Source of the DNA: Asterionella formosa
Lineage: Eukaryota
Direction of reading: 5' to 3'
Assembly (NCBI GenBank): GCA_002256025.1
Contig: NKIB01013244.1
Coordinates: forward strand, 1-61,312
Length of the DNA stretch: 61,312 nucleotides
Made by a program: the position numbers and the translations under genes. The notes under the pieces were generated by a model, which saw only the letters and a program-made list of their open reading frames with translations, did not search any database and was not told the DNA's origin. Of the stretch, positions 35,560 to 47,135 are shown one piece after another. The number at the start of each line of letters is the position of its first letter. Within the stretch, counting starts at the first letter, position 1.

Positions 35560-37400
35560 CTGCCTTAATGAAAACTTCAGGAGCAGTTGAATATCCCACC
35601 ATATGCTGCCTGTTCGGTGAGTGAAAAATGGAACAACCGTCTATAGAGACTAAATAAAAGTATGGGTTTTAGATTCTTGAAACTTGTTTAGTCAACTCCC
35701 AGTAAAGTCACATTTTGGCAAAAAATTTCACGCACTTGAACCTTTATGCACCCTGCCTCATTAAAAAGCCTTGTAATTTTTTTAAAGTGAACTCAACCTC
35801 GATCCAAAAATAGAAGGAAGGGATCCTGTATTTTTGCCAATGCAACTGTCTCGCCTCCATACATCCCTATCTGCAAAGTCTCAGTAGCAATGTCCAAAAA
35901 TGACTCTGAGAATTCATTGAATGCTTTTAAACCAGTATTATAACTCAGTTATTATCATTACAAAACAAGGTAGCCACCAGTGCATCCCAGAGTTCAAGTA
36001 GCTAATATGGGTATTCAATAGGCTACATATGTACCATGATATTATCTATTACACTATAGCTAGAAGCTACTGTTCCAGCTATCATGGTTGAAAGCATACA
36101 CATGTTGTTGGTTCCTAAGAATTATTTTGCAATAAAATATGCATGTTCAGCTGACAACAATATTTATTATTGCAGCACCATATTCTCAAGAGAGATAAGA
36201 AACGTTATTCACACATCCTATAGGAGGATCGCTTAATTCATGCCTCAGCAGAATACAAATATAATATACGTTCTACCTTCATAATGTCCAATGAACAGGT
36301 TTCTTGAGTTTCATGGGATATGCAATTGGTTATTGATTCTTAGTACTCTATACTAGATACAAAATACTGAGGGAGTGGCTTAGTGGTTTAGCACGTTGCC
36401 TTTGATCTGAGGTTGTGTGTTTTGATTCCCGCAATTTATTGAGAAGCAATTGTTGGGTTCGACTCCAACACTCCTTACCGTCCCGCACGTTGCCCCCTGT
36501 CTTGCGGGCCGGTGTGCAAGAAATAGTGGGTTGCCCCTCCCCTACAAGCAGCTTTGAAGCTTGTGCCGCCTTCCTAGGCGGTCGGAGTTTCCCCTAACAC
36601 TGAGGCTAAGACGATCACCTTTTGCGAAAGTTGATTGGTGGGGAATCCCCTAGCTACCTACCGGCCGGTAGTACGCTAACAAAACTAGGGAAGTACAGGT
36701 CTTGTCAGCAGGTAGCACAATGAAAATTTTGTTGTTTGGTTTTTCTATTTCATATTTTGCGCAAAAATAAGATATGAAGAACTTTCATTCTTGATTGATG
36801 ACTTCTAGAAGAAAGCATGATATTCTATATTAAAGGCCAGCTGCTGATGCCACATGCATAGTAACACACGACTTTTCATTAGAATAAGCCTCCATTCCAA
36901 GATCATCATTAATCACTCTAATTGAGTATTGAAGGCACTGCTGCCAGGTCCACCTAGTAGTGTTCCCCTTTGCTTCCTCCTGAATTAACTGCCTTAAAGT
37001 ACAAGCTAAATATACTATGCTCCTCTTTCTGAACATGAAGATTTCAAAGTCACTGCAGTATTCGTCTGCATCTCCTCTTCAACGACAATTTCAAATGGTT
37101 AGTTGGGATGTCTTTTGAGTTTATTTGAAAAGCTATAATTTTTCAAACAGAAATGCCTTTGAGATTGGCTTCATCTCCATGGATACTTTGCTTTGGGCAA
37201 CAATAGTTTCCTTGTGATTCAATGGAGGGAGTAACAGCTTCACTTGAGTGCACCAACTTGTTTCATTCTTTGTTGAGTGACTCACCTTCAGTTTATTCCA
37301 TCACCTCTTCACTTTTGAAATTCACTTTGAAGTTGAAATGTGCCCCCTAATAGTCGCCTCGTGGTGCTTGCTGTCTTTCAATGTATTAACGATAATGACT
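35560..37400 (-). mobile_element. Degraded transposase-like remnant hosting the second SINE-like element
   Basis: RWTWQQCLQYSIRVINDDLG fragment resembles NWTWENCC in the 43.2-44.9 kb transposase. CpG-poor with many stops; boundaries approximate. Confidence 0.4.
36370..36662 (+). mobile_element. tRNA-headed, GC-rich structured SINE-like element (or Pol III ncRNA)
   Basis: A box TGGCTTAGTGG; B box GGTTCGACTCC; acceptor-like AGGGAGT/ACTCCTT (36370-36476); then five or more hairpins and a TACCTACC end. Confidence 0.7.
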
Positions 37401-37721
37401 CTTTTTGATGATCGACTCTCGCTCCTTGAGTTGTTATAAGAATGCCGGAAAAGACAATACTACCGGTAGTACATACTGTATATAATACATGTCTGCCGGT
37501 AATAAACATCATAAAGAAAAATACCGGTATTATTTCCCCAACTTCGTTTACAACAATTTATTCCTTGTTCAATTTGCGCGATCATCTTCTGTATCATCCA
37601 TCCTCATCATCAGTCAGTTCGTTTGACCGTTTGCTGTTTTCATGCGACAAGCAAGAGATATATACCATAGTCAAGTCCTTCAGCACATGATCCCTTCCAT
37701 TGTGAATACATGTAACCAAAC

Positions 37722-39188
37722 ATGAAAGGATCTGAAAATTGGATAGCTTTGCTCGTTTCTGCAGTATACGTTATCTGTACTCTTTTACTATTATTGAAGA
37801 GTGATCCGCTAAAATCCGGGAATGCCATCCCATCAGAGGATTTATTTGACGAAGTAAAACGTACGGATACTTCAAGTCTGGCTTCGAAACAAATTCGCCA
37901 ATCCGATGGGAGCTTTCACGGACATCCTTTTTACTACACGGCGAAGGCGCTGCGATCCGAAGTTCGATGCGTGGGAGATAATTTTGGAGGCAATTCCTGG
38001 TATTATCAATCCTGTCTTTTTCGGGAAATGTGCTACGATTTGAACACAAAGGAATTTGTCATCTATACGGATCAAGAACCAATGAATCGAAGTGACATGT
38101 ATATTTCCACATCTCCTTACAACAAGACGGTATCTGGAGCTGGCCAGCCAGCCGCTTGGTTTGTCCAAGCATCGAGAGGCAAGTTTTTCCCCACTATTCG
38201 AAAGACGCAGTTGGAAGGGTACTATCGATTTCCAACTGACGTAGTCTGGCTACCTTACTTTCCTCAGTCGTCCTGCAATCCAGGACATCTTGTATGGGAT
38301 ACCTTTTTGCCACTTTATATTTTGATGGAAATCTTTGATATTAGCCATCTACAACCCCTCTTGTTTCAAATGTCTCATCCCCCTGATTCACTTTATCGAA
38401 AAATGCTGGATGACAACATGTGTCCGCAAAATTTGGAAAAATTCTTGCCTCTCATGGGGATTTTCAATTTATCCGGAGTTTCCAATGATACCTTTGTTGA
38501 CGCTGTCTTTCGAGAGAAACCAAAGTCCAGCTTAGTTTGCAGTCCAACATCTGCTGCTGGAATTGGTATGCTGACTGATCATGGCCTCAATAAACATGGA
38601 CAAGCTCGAGAGGATTATTTCAAGCCTCACAATCTGGGTCGCGCCTTGTTGATGAGAAGGTTTCGAGCATTTGCCCTTCGTAACGCAAATATCTCCGACA
38701 TTGGCCTTGGCGCGAACAGCACATTTATCCTGACTTTTAGTACTTTCAGCAGTGGGTCTCCTGAGCGAATGACATCATTTGTCAAGCAAGTCGATGCTAT
38801 CAGTGAAGCCTTTGAGGCGGATCATTCGATGGATATCATGATCAAACAAGTGTTGCTCCGAGAAATGACGCTAAACGAACAGATTTCTTTGTGCACGCAA
38901 TCTTCTATATTTGTTACAACTGGAGGTGGTGGAACAGTGACGGCCACTTTTTTGCCGAAGGGAGCAACACTAATCGTTTTTTATCATGAAACAGAAAAAG
39001 ATGGATTTCGAGTCCTGATGGATTGGGATTTGTGGAATAACTATGCTGAAATTAAGGTGCACTGGTTGCCCATCAAGAGCATGGACAATACAGAAGATTT
39101 GCAAGCTTTTGTCGAGCTAATAAAGCGTGAGATTCAAATTTTAAGGGAGACTTTGGGAGACGTGTGGAAGGCAACCAATATTGCATGA
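37722..39188 (+). CDS. Glycosyltransferase family 61 (DUF563-type) protein
   Basis: N-terminal TM; SCLFREMCYD; NPGHLVWDTFLPLY; EQISLCTQSSIFVTTGGGGTVTATFLPKGA. Confidence 0.85.
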   Translation: MKGSENWIALLVSAVYVICTLLLLLKSDPLKSGNAIPSEDLFDEVKRTDTSSLASKQIRQSDGSFHGHPFYYTAKALRSEVRCVGDNFGGNSWYYQSCLFREMCYDLNTKEFVIYTDQEPMNRSDMYISTSPYNKTVSGAGQPAAWFVQASRGKFFPTIRKTQLEGYYRFPTDVVWLPYFPQSSCNPGHLVWDTFLPLYILMEIFDISHLQPLLFQMSHPPDSLYRKMLDDNMCPQNLEKFLPLMGIFNLSGVSNDTFVDAVFREKPKSSLVCSPTSAAGIGMLTDHGLNKHGQAREDYFKPHNLGRALLMRRFRAFALRNANISDIGLGANSTFILTFSTFSSGSPERMTSFVKQVDAISEAFEADHSMDIMIKQVLLREMTLNEQISLCTQSSIFVTTGGGGTVTATFLPKGATLIVFYHETEKDGFRVLMDWDLWNNYAEIKVHWLPIKSMDNTEDLQAFVELIKREIQILRETLGDVWKATNIA

Positions 39189-41605
39189 TACAGCAATGGG
39201 GAATGTGATGTTGGAATAAGGCAAACGATGATTCTGAGATGTTCGACAAAGATGTACTCTGCCATGCATTTGGTAAACTAGTGCTTGGTTGATGACTACC
39301 TACTAGATTAGAGTGCAACAATCTTGGATCTTGTGAAATGTAATGTATGCAATATGGTGTCACACAACTCTCTCCAAGCCCAACCTATGACTGGATTGGG
39401 ATGATAAATATCAACTTTGCTAACTGCTTAATATAATCACTCTATTTTTTCTGAAGAGTTCGTGTTCATTTTTTTGTTTCAGCATATTACTGATATGTTG
39501 GAACTTATTGCTAAGAGCTAAAGTAAAGAATATTGTAAAATTAGATTCAGGTTTGCTCTCCATCACTGCAAAGTGATTTATGACCATGAAGAGCACTCAC
39601 AACCCTTTTTACATTGACCCTATATTTCTTGCGCATTTGTGGTTCAAGCTACTACTTTTAGAGACAGTGAACAAGTTGAATGGAGCTAACATGGTCCTGA
39701 TGAAAAATCAGTGTTGTAAAACTTGATATATAATCAGTCTTGTACCAAGCATTGGTACTCTCACATTTAGGGTAGTATGTGCCTTCATTGAAAACTATGA
39801 TTAATGGTAGCCATAAAGGCAACATGAGTAGAAATTGAGAAAAATATAACCTTTTGAATTTTGTCTTATGGGACAGACACTGATAAATGCATTTACATCA
39901 TGCTGTATGATTGTGATAATGCAAACATGTCAATCTTCACCTCCCACAATGTAACAGACGATTTCAAGTGACCAAGACTATGATAGTGAGTATCATATAA
40001 AATCATGGTAATGCATAAATACATGATTTTGATGGCTTTCATTTTAAAATATGCAATTTTACACATGCAACCTTTTGTGCTTCAAATGTTGTAGACAAAA
40101 AAGGCAATAGAAAATTATGGTAAAAAGAATCATTATCAGTCTTCGGATTCAAAGGTAAATTTATATCTTTTCATGCTGGCAATTAATTGATGAGGGGTCG
40201 ATTACTGTCATTTCGATTATCAACTTCTTCATTTCTTGGCGAATCTTAGCAGCATTCCAAACTTATATGGGTAGGAAATACCAATAACCTGACCACATCA
40301 TTTTTAGAAGTGGGCAAACTTGATGTGCATCCTCCTCCCTTCTCAGGGCTGGCTTTGTTGTACTACCTACTCCAAAGTTCCAGCCAAACAAACGTGGTAT
40401 CATCTGTTGCTCACATTTTTGCAGTTAGTGGCAACGTGAACGTTGGCTTCTTGTTTTTGTAATTGGCACCAAATTTCCATGGTTCTCACTGCAATCGTTA
40501 ATCACCAATTTGTTGATAAGTACCAATGCTCCCAGCCAATATCGAATAGATTGATTGCGCAGATAGTATAGAGGTAGAAGCACCTGGAACATAATGATTT
40601 ATAGACTTCGTTCTTCATCCCCTGGATGAAGGAAAACATTCTCTCACTGTATTTATTTTAGCCGGCAGGAAATGGGAACTGCTCTTGATCATCTGGTATC
40701 TCACTCACTTCTTGTCTATTTACATCCATCTTCTTTCTCATGTAAGCCACAATCGAAATCCAATGAGGAAAATAAAACTGATTTCCTATTGATGAGTGAT
40801 GGACAACAAAGAAGTTTGATTTGATTTCAGTCAAGAAGGGGACCCAGGCAAGGAAATGATAGACAAAATTTTCTGGCAATCCAACAATCAGCAGATAAAC
40901 TGGAACAGCTGAGGCGATTTTGAGATATTCAGATGGATGACTATGAGCAGTAATGGAGGAGGACCCAGATGTGATGTTCAGGCAAGAATGGAATGAGGAA
41001 TATGGGTCACCCATTGATCGGAATTTCCATGAATGGCAACATGTCAACAATCAACCCACAGATTCATCAGATTGCCATACAACCTCGCCAGTTGAAAGAA
41101 TAGCATTTACTGTAGCTTAGTAATAGACGGGCTAATTAGGAACTCATATATTTCTTAGGTCTACATGGATGAAACTGTACAATAAATTTTTTCCAAATTA
41201 GACAGAGAGTAACAACATAAGTAGTTATACTTCAGTGTCCTGGACCCCCCCCCCTGTACATTTTCTCGAGGAGGTTCTTAGTACCAGACACCCAATAATT
41301 TACTAGACATTGACAAATTAATGTGCGTTAATTCTGTTGGCCCTCGTAGAAACTGTTAGATAATTATTTACTAACTAGCTGAAAAATGCGATTCTTTTGT
41401 AGACTGGGTATATTTACGGGTAAATTCTATGTCATGTATACATAAATAGTGGGTGTGAGCATTGGGAGAATCCCGCCCTACATAAGTAATAATTACTTAC
41501 CTACAGCCTAAAATATTACTTAGAAGTACCCGATGGGCAAGGCATTGCCTTAAGCATTTCTCCTTAGAATCAATCGCTACTTATTCTTGTCACACGAGCT
41601 TTGAC

Positions 41606-42544
41606 ATGAGCTACGACATCGCTACACATCACTCTGCTGGTTTCGCTTGGCCTTGGGTAGACGTGGATCGAACCAGAGACGAACCATTACCCCCAGTGAC
41701 CGATGCCGATGACCGTCCTGCTGTACGAGACTTGATCGCAAAGCACTCAAAGGCTATTGAGGCAGTCCGTCATAATCTGGAAGGTGATCCTCTCTATGAT
41801 CCCAGTCGCCACGATGATTTGTGGGTGTTGCGCTTTGTTCTGAGTCACAAGAAAGTCAAACCAGCGACAGCCGCTGCAAAATCGACGCTGAAATATAGAC
41901 TTAAAAGGGGTTTTGACCAGCATGATATTCGTGCCGATTGGCCTGGGCCAAATTGCTCATTGGAATGTGTCCGAAAGTACTATTCCTGTCTCGACGATGA
42001 TGCGTTGGTCTTTAGCCTCCCGCACCCTGATCGTGGTATCGCAGTCTTTATTCGACTAGCTGGTTTTGACCAACGAAAGCTCGTAGAATTGTTGACTGTC
42101 GAGGAATGGCCTTTCTGGTACACTGCAGAATGGACCTTTCAGCAAGTAGATAGTATTACTCGGAGGACGGGGCGCTTGACAAAGACATTCCGCTGCGTCG
42201 ATTTAAATGGAATTCGTATGAAACAAATCGACCGTGAGAATATGAAACGGAATGGAGCCGCAGCAAAAGAGTTTGAAGACAATTATCCTCAGCTCTTGAA
42301 AGCACTCTATGTATGCAATGCTCCTTCTTGGATTCAGGCACCTTTTAAGTTGTTTCGCCCCTTGATGCCCAAAAGATTCTTGGAGAAATTTAATTTTGTT
42401 AATCCAGAGAATAAACAAAAAGATGCTCAGCTCTTTCTCAAGTTCATGTCAGCCGAACATGTGCCAACTCGATTTGGTGGTAATTATTCACAGTGGCCTG
42501 TTCCAGCTCAGATTATTACTGAGAAAGACATAACTGAACCATAG
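41606..42544 (+). CDS. CRAL-TRIO (Sec14-like) lipid-binding protein
   Basis: DDLWVLRFVLS; VDLNG; EDNYPQLLKALYVCNAPSWI; HVPTRFGG. Confidence 0.92.
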   Translation: MSYDIATHHSAGFAWPWVDVDRTRDEPLPPVTDADDRPAVRDLIAKHSKAIEAVRHNLEGDPLYDPSRHDDLWVLRFVLSHKKVKPATAAAKSTLKYRLKRGFDQHDIRADWPGPNCSLECVRKYYSCLDDDALVFSLPHPDRGIAVFIRLAGFDQRKLVELLTVEEWPFWYTAEWTFQQVDSITRRTGRLTKTFRCVDLNGIRMKQIDRENMKRNGAAAKEFEDNYPQLLKALYVCNAPSWIQAPFKLFRPLMPKRFLEKFNFVNPENKQKDAQLFLKFMSAEHVPTRFGGNYSQWPVPAQIITEKDITEP

Positions 42545-43229
42545 AGATTGGATTTTTTCATATGTCATGCTATCCTGGATCATAGCATGAACGATGATAA
42601 AATCAATGTTAAGGGGGGGGGGGGAGTGCAAGAAATACTTCATTTTGAGGCAAGCCGACAAAATTGTTTTTGGAGAAAACTTGTGACTAGATATAAAGTT
42701 GTTGTTTTATGGAGATAAAAATTGCATGTGGCCTAGACAAGGTTATCAAAACATTCACAATGTATTCATATGAGGACGAACAAATCTGTCGCTGTGTGAT
42801 TAAATTGATGCCCATACCTAATCTTGGCCTTTGTTTTGAGATTTGATGAGACACAGTGGCCATGGAGTGTGCTCCTTCCCATTTTTTGTATGAACAAGTT
42901 GTTTGAGGCAAGCTGAAAATATAAATGGGGAAAGATGATGTTACTCTGATATATACAGACTTACTCAAGGAAAGTATCAGTCATCACTTGTTTCCCCAGA
43001 CCTCTTGGATTTAAAAACCTACAAGCAGCTAGTTCCAAAATACCTGCTATCACAGGGTGCAGAGTGAGGAAATTATTTTATTCTCACTTCCACTTTAGTC
43101 TGAATTAGTTGAACCTGTTCGAGAGGTAGTTCTAAAATATCCACCATATGAGGGGATCAATAAATAACAATTCCAACTAATTGATTTGCGGAATGAATTA
43201 ATGCATGAGTTTGTTGTGGATCAAGAATA

Positions 43230-44870
43230 AGATCCAAGATTATGCACACACAGTGCTCCAGTTTGAAGATGATGCTAATGTTCTGCAGGTAGTCTATCCC
43301 ATATTCAACTTGTTTTTTCTTTTGATCACAGTGCTGGTCAAGCCAAGGAACAAATTGATGGCCTCAATCAGCTCCAAATGAATAAATTGTTTGGTGGAAG
43401 GAACTATTTAATAAAAGAAACAGTAATTGTTCCATTGAAGAGACAGCCAGCTGAGAAGTAGACGTCAGGGTTGTGATGGTAAATTTATTCGAGTTGGTCA
43501 TGTGACATCATCTAGTGGTAGTAGTACTTCACCTTGACTATTAGAGAAAGAATTTACTCTACATGGAAGTTTTGATTCCAACAGTCCAAATACTTTGACA
43601 TCACGAAAAAGGAGAAGGAATAGAGAACAAGTGAATGAAAGCTAGGCGGACTGATGCTTCATAAGAAATAGCAACTGGTTCATTACATCCAGCTAGAGGA
43701 CTCATCATTTGAGTGATTGTCCCCCCTGAAATCATCCAATCCTCCTATCAGCAACAACGAAATCCAGGAACAAATAACAGCAACAACATACTAGGACTCC
43801 CCTGAAGCCAAGGAAGTCTTCTACACCCTCCCAAATTAATCCACACTGTCTGCAATCGACAGCCAAATAGAAATCCTCAAACAAACAAATTACTCCAGCT
43901 TGGGATACCTCCTCCTATTGATTTAGAATCTCAGCCAACCAACTGAACCAAGATGACAATATCACCCATCACCATAGATGGACCATCCAAGAAAAATGCC
44001 AATACATTGCTCCTTCTCTCCAACTTTCAAAAGAAAATATGAATTGCTAACTGGACCTGGGAAAATTGTTGCACTATCACTGTCAATAGATTAACCAACC
44101 AAGGCTCACACTTGCCACACAGCATGCATGCACGAATTGGCTACAAGCAGTATTGCAATTTCCAAAAACACAGCAAGTTCCAAAGAGATAAAATTCCAAA
44201 GATCTGCCACCCTTCTTGCATGCCAACCCTGTTATGTGCATGAAAATTCAACACTACTATGCTACAACAACTTACTTGGATACTACCCTTTCCATCAAGA
44301 TGCTCTGGGAATACATACAGGCGATTGACCTGCATACCAGCACTGGTATATTCAACCTGCAATGAAACATTTGAGGAGGAAGAGGAGCAGAGGATCAGTA
44401 TTTCACTTGAATTGGACTCTGAGCAGCAGTACAAGTCAGAGTTGTGACAAATTCTAATCACACATGTACTTACCTGAGCCTGCATTAGCCCCACCACCAT
44501 ATGTTGCTGGATGACTTGACAAAGATTCTGATATGCATCAAGGAAGAAAGGATACTATGTAGATGGACATGAAAAATGTGCAACAATTCAATACCAATGG
44601 GAATTCTGCAAACTTTGTAAGGGTTTTTGGGAGCTTTGGACTTCTTGACAAATCAAGATTGCATCAAGAGCTACACATTGAATGTAAAGCAAGATGCATT
44701 TGGATTTATGCACAAAGAATTTTCCTTGAAGTTGTTGATTGGAAACTGTCCTGATTTTGAGGAAGAGGAGACACTATTGCAGTCAATTGGAAGGGAAATG
44801 GGAGTTCTTGTTGACTGAACACCAAAATGAAGTTGCAGGAGAGGGAATCAAGCATTCTTGAGGTTGCGCC
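43230..44870 (+). mobile_element. Fragmented Tc1/IS630-like DDE transposase remnants
   Basis: FFDHSAGQAKEQIDGLN..MNKLFGGR (~43320-43400); WTWENCC (~44055); LPPFLHANP; RKKGYYVDGHEK (~44545-44575); CPDFEEEETLLQSIGREMGVLVD*TPK (~44750-44825). Confidence 0.7.
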
Positions 44871-45058
44871 TATTCTTAGAATTTGTACAATTTCTGGTCG
44901 TATGTACCGATATTGATGAGAAGCGATCAACATGCAATACAAATACCATTATACGAAAAAATACGATCGGCACTAGCTGTTACTCTCAGAAAATGATAAG
45001 ATTGATTGGAGCAAAACAATTTCCGATATTATTGTATCGGCACTATTAATCTCACAAA

Positions 45059-45751
45059 ATGATAGGATTGATTGGAGCAACACTGACAATATTCGCCACC
45101 ACAATTGACGATGTCATTTGGCTCGTCCCATACGTCGCGTCAGGATCTCCTTGGATACGATTGATTCACATGACTACTTTTGTGGGTACTTTGGTCGCCT
45201 TGGCTGTGATGTGCGTCTTGTTGTCCACTGGGTTATTGCAGATCATGCCAATCGACGAGTCATGGATTCTAGGGGCCATTGGGGCTAGCCTTTGTTGGGC
45301 TATTGCGATTGGACTTTTCGTCAAAAAGTGGCTGAAAAAGCGACGGCGTGCATTAGCGCTTCAGCAGGAAATAGTACAACCAGACGAGTCGGGCCATGGG
45401 TATGGCGCTGTTGCGAGTCACGAGGAAGAGCATGCAACAGAAGTGATTTCCCGTCATGCTTCTCCTTGGGTCGTCATGTCCTTCACCTGTCTCGGTGCAC
45501 TTGATGAGATCTCATACTTTCCTGCTTTACTTGTTGGTCATGTCTTCACTGGATGGGAACTCATTGTGGGAGCCTTACTTGCCTCCTGCATCATGCTACT
45601 TGTTATTACAACGTTCCTGCCTACTTGTCAACCCATCATTTCATGGTTGGACCGGATACCGCTATATGCCATTGTTTGCATGTTTGCCATTATTTTGACA
45701 GTGAGCGCAATTATGGACAAGTGGAGTGATGGTTTGTTAAACTTGAGATGA
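45059..45751 (+). CDS. CadD/cadmium-resistance-transporter-like membrane protein (LysE superfamily)
   Basis: Two 3-TM halves with acidic motifs TTIDDVIWL and GALDEISYFP, separated by a hydrophilic loop. Confidence 0.7.
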   Translation: MIGLIGATLTIFATTIDDVIWLVPYVASGSPWIRLIHMTTFVGTLVALAVMCVLLSTGLLQIMPIDESWILGAIGASLCWAIAIGLFVKKWLKKRRRALALQQEIVQPDESGHGYGAVASHEEEHATEVISRHASPWVVMSFTCLGALDEISYFPALLVGHVFTGWELIVGALLASCIMLLVITTFLPTCQPIISWLDRIPLYAIVCMFAIILTVSAIMDKWSDGLLNLR

Positions 45752-45794
45752 CTTTTCGTTGAACTGATCATTAGCATAATGGTAAACCGACAAT

Positions 45795-47135
45795 TTATTG
45801 TTTTTCACTATTACTCTCCATAGTTCTATCGCTAGGAGCTACATCACCCGTAATCCCGGCCCGCTGTCGAAAGTACCTGGAACTACTCCCCTTCTCGGTT
45901 TGGTAATTTGTAGTCGCCGCCATGCCATCCCAAATGCCATCGTACTTTGTCTTTGTCTTTTTTCCTACATAACAGGTGCGATGCGGGTCGGCTCGTCTCA
46001 TGTCAGTAATAGGGGCAGGTGGGCATTGTACAAGATCGCTTACTGCGAGTCTAGCCTTTGTCATGACATCCAGGTCAATTGCTGCCAACTCTGCGTGGTG
46101 TTGTTCCAAAAGTGCCATCTTTTCGACCTCCTCTTTCTGAAGCAGTTTTCCTGCCGCAAGCTTCGCTTGAGCATTTTGACAGACAGCAATTTTTGCCTCC
46201 AACCGGCCTCTATGCTTCTTCTGAGATTGTGTCAAAAGTCGTTGCGAGGCAAGCTTGGTGAACCACAAGTAACGTAGTTGTGTTCGCTCATTTTCACTCA
46301 TGTCACCCTCAATCGCCGGATCGAGCGTAAATAGTTGGTGGATTACCAATGCTGCTGCTACTGATAGGTTCAAAGAATCTGCAAAGCCGCGTAGTGGAAG
46401 GTATACGCGAAGATCACTGGCTTGTAATAATTCTTCTGTACAGCCGACAGCTTCGGTCCCGAAGACAATGGCTAGTTTTGCAGGAATGAGGTCTGCATGA
46501 TTCCCTGAATGTTCCCCAAAAGATAGTGCCTCCTTAGTCAAGCATACCGCCTGTTGGGATAGATCGGTTGCCCATATAGTGTGGTTAGTGTCTCTAAGGG
46601 CCGTGATGCATTCAATGGTCGAGTGAAACTCCCTGACAGTCAACCACTCTGTTGCTTTTCTAGCAAATAGGTGGTGCATCTGTCGTTCTTTCAGCTCCGC
46701 TTCTGTCGACTTAACATATTGTCCCGTCTTTGAAATGTGCTCCTCTCCTTCACTATTTACGATTGGTGGACTAATGATCCACACATTTTGGACTCCAAGG
46801 GCTTCGGCAGTTCTCAAAATGGCGCTGTAATTGTGGTCGTTGGTGCAACGTTCAACGACAATGGTAATACGGGAGGTCCGTTTTAAGATGGCACCTTCTG
46901 CTTTTCGAATCATACGTTGGTCCAAGAGTGGAGAATCCATGAGGGGATGATTGGCTTCGTGATGAATGTCGTTGTCGCTGCGCGTTGGTGGCGCCTTGGT
47001 TGGTTCGCCTCGTGATGATTTCTTGTCGTTTTGTGGACGTTTTCTTGTCTTATGTCGTTGACCTAGAAAGTACTCCGTGAAGAGAATAAGGGATGCTGAA
47101 GCCAAAGCGCCGGCAAAGAATGCGTTTGAAGTCAT
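45795..47135 (-). CDS. SpoU/TrmH-family RNA 2'-O-methyltransferase with an N-terminal hydrophobic segment
   Basis: VVERCTNDHNYSAILRTAEALGV; IVFGTEAVG; LPLRGFADSLNLSVAA (SPOUT motifs). Confidence 0.92.
   Translation of the reverse strand: MTSNAFFAGALASASLILFTEYFLGQRHKTRKRPQNDKKSSRGEPTKAPPTRSDNDIHHEANHPLMDSPLLDQRMIRKAEGAILKRTSRITIVVERCTNDHNYSAILRTAEALGVQNVWIISPPIVNSEGEEHISKTGQYVKSTEAELKERQMHHLFARKATEWLTVREFHSTIECITALRDTNHTIWATDLSQQAVCLTKEALSFGEHSGNHADLIPAKLAIVFGTEAVGCTEELLQASDLRVYLPLRGFADSLNLSVAAALVIHQLFTLDPAIEGDMSENERTQLRYLWFTKLASQRLLTQSQKKHRGRLEAKIAVCQNAQAKLAAGKLLQKEEVEKMALLEQHHAELAAIDLDVMTKARLAVSDLVQCPPAPITDMRRADPHRTCYVGKKTKTKYDGIWDGMAATTNYQTEKGSSSRYFRQRAGITGDVAPSDRTMESNSEKQ

Noticed and set aside
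36370..36477. Functional intron-containing tRNA-Gln(TTG)
   Set aside because: One-base acceptor-D linker, almost no variable loop, irregular T arm, and no terminator directly after; treated as a derived head.
39200..41200. Decayed coding-like sequence, including ORF 40658-41050
   Set aside because: Probably a pseudogene or TE relic, but I recognised no motif well enough to assign it.
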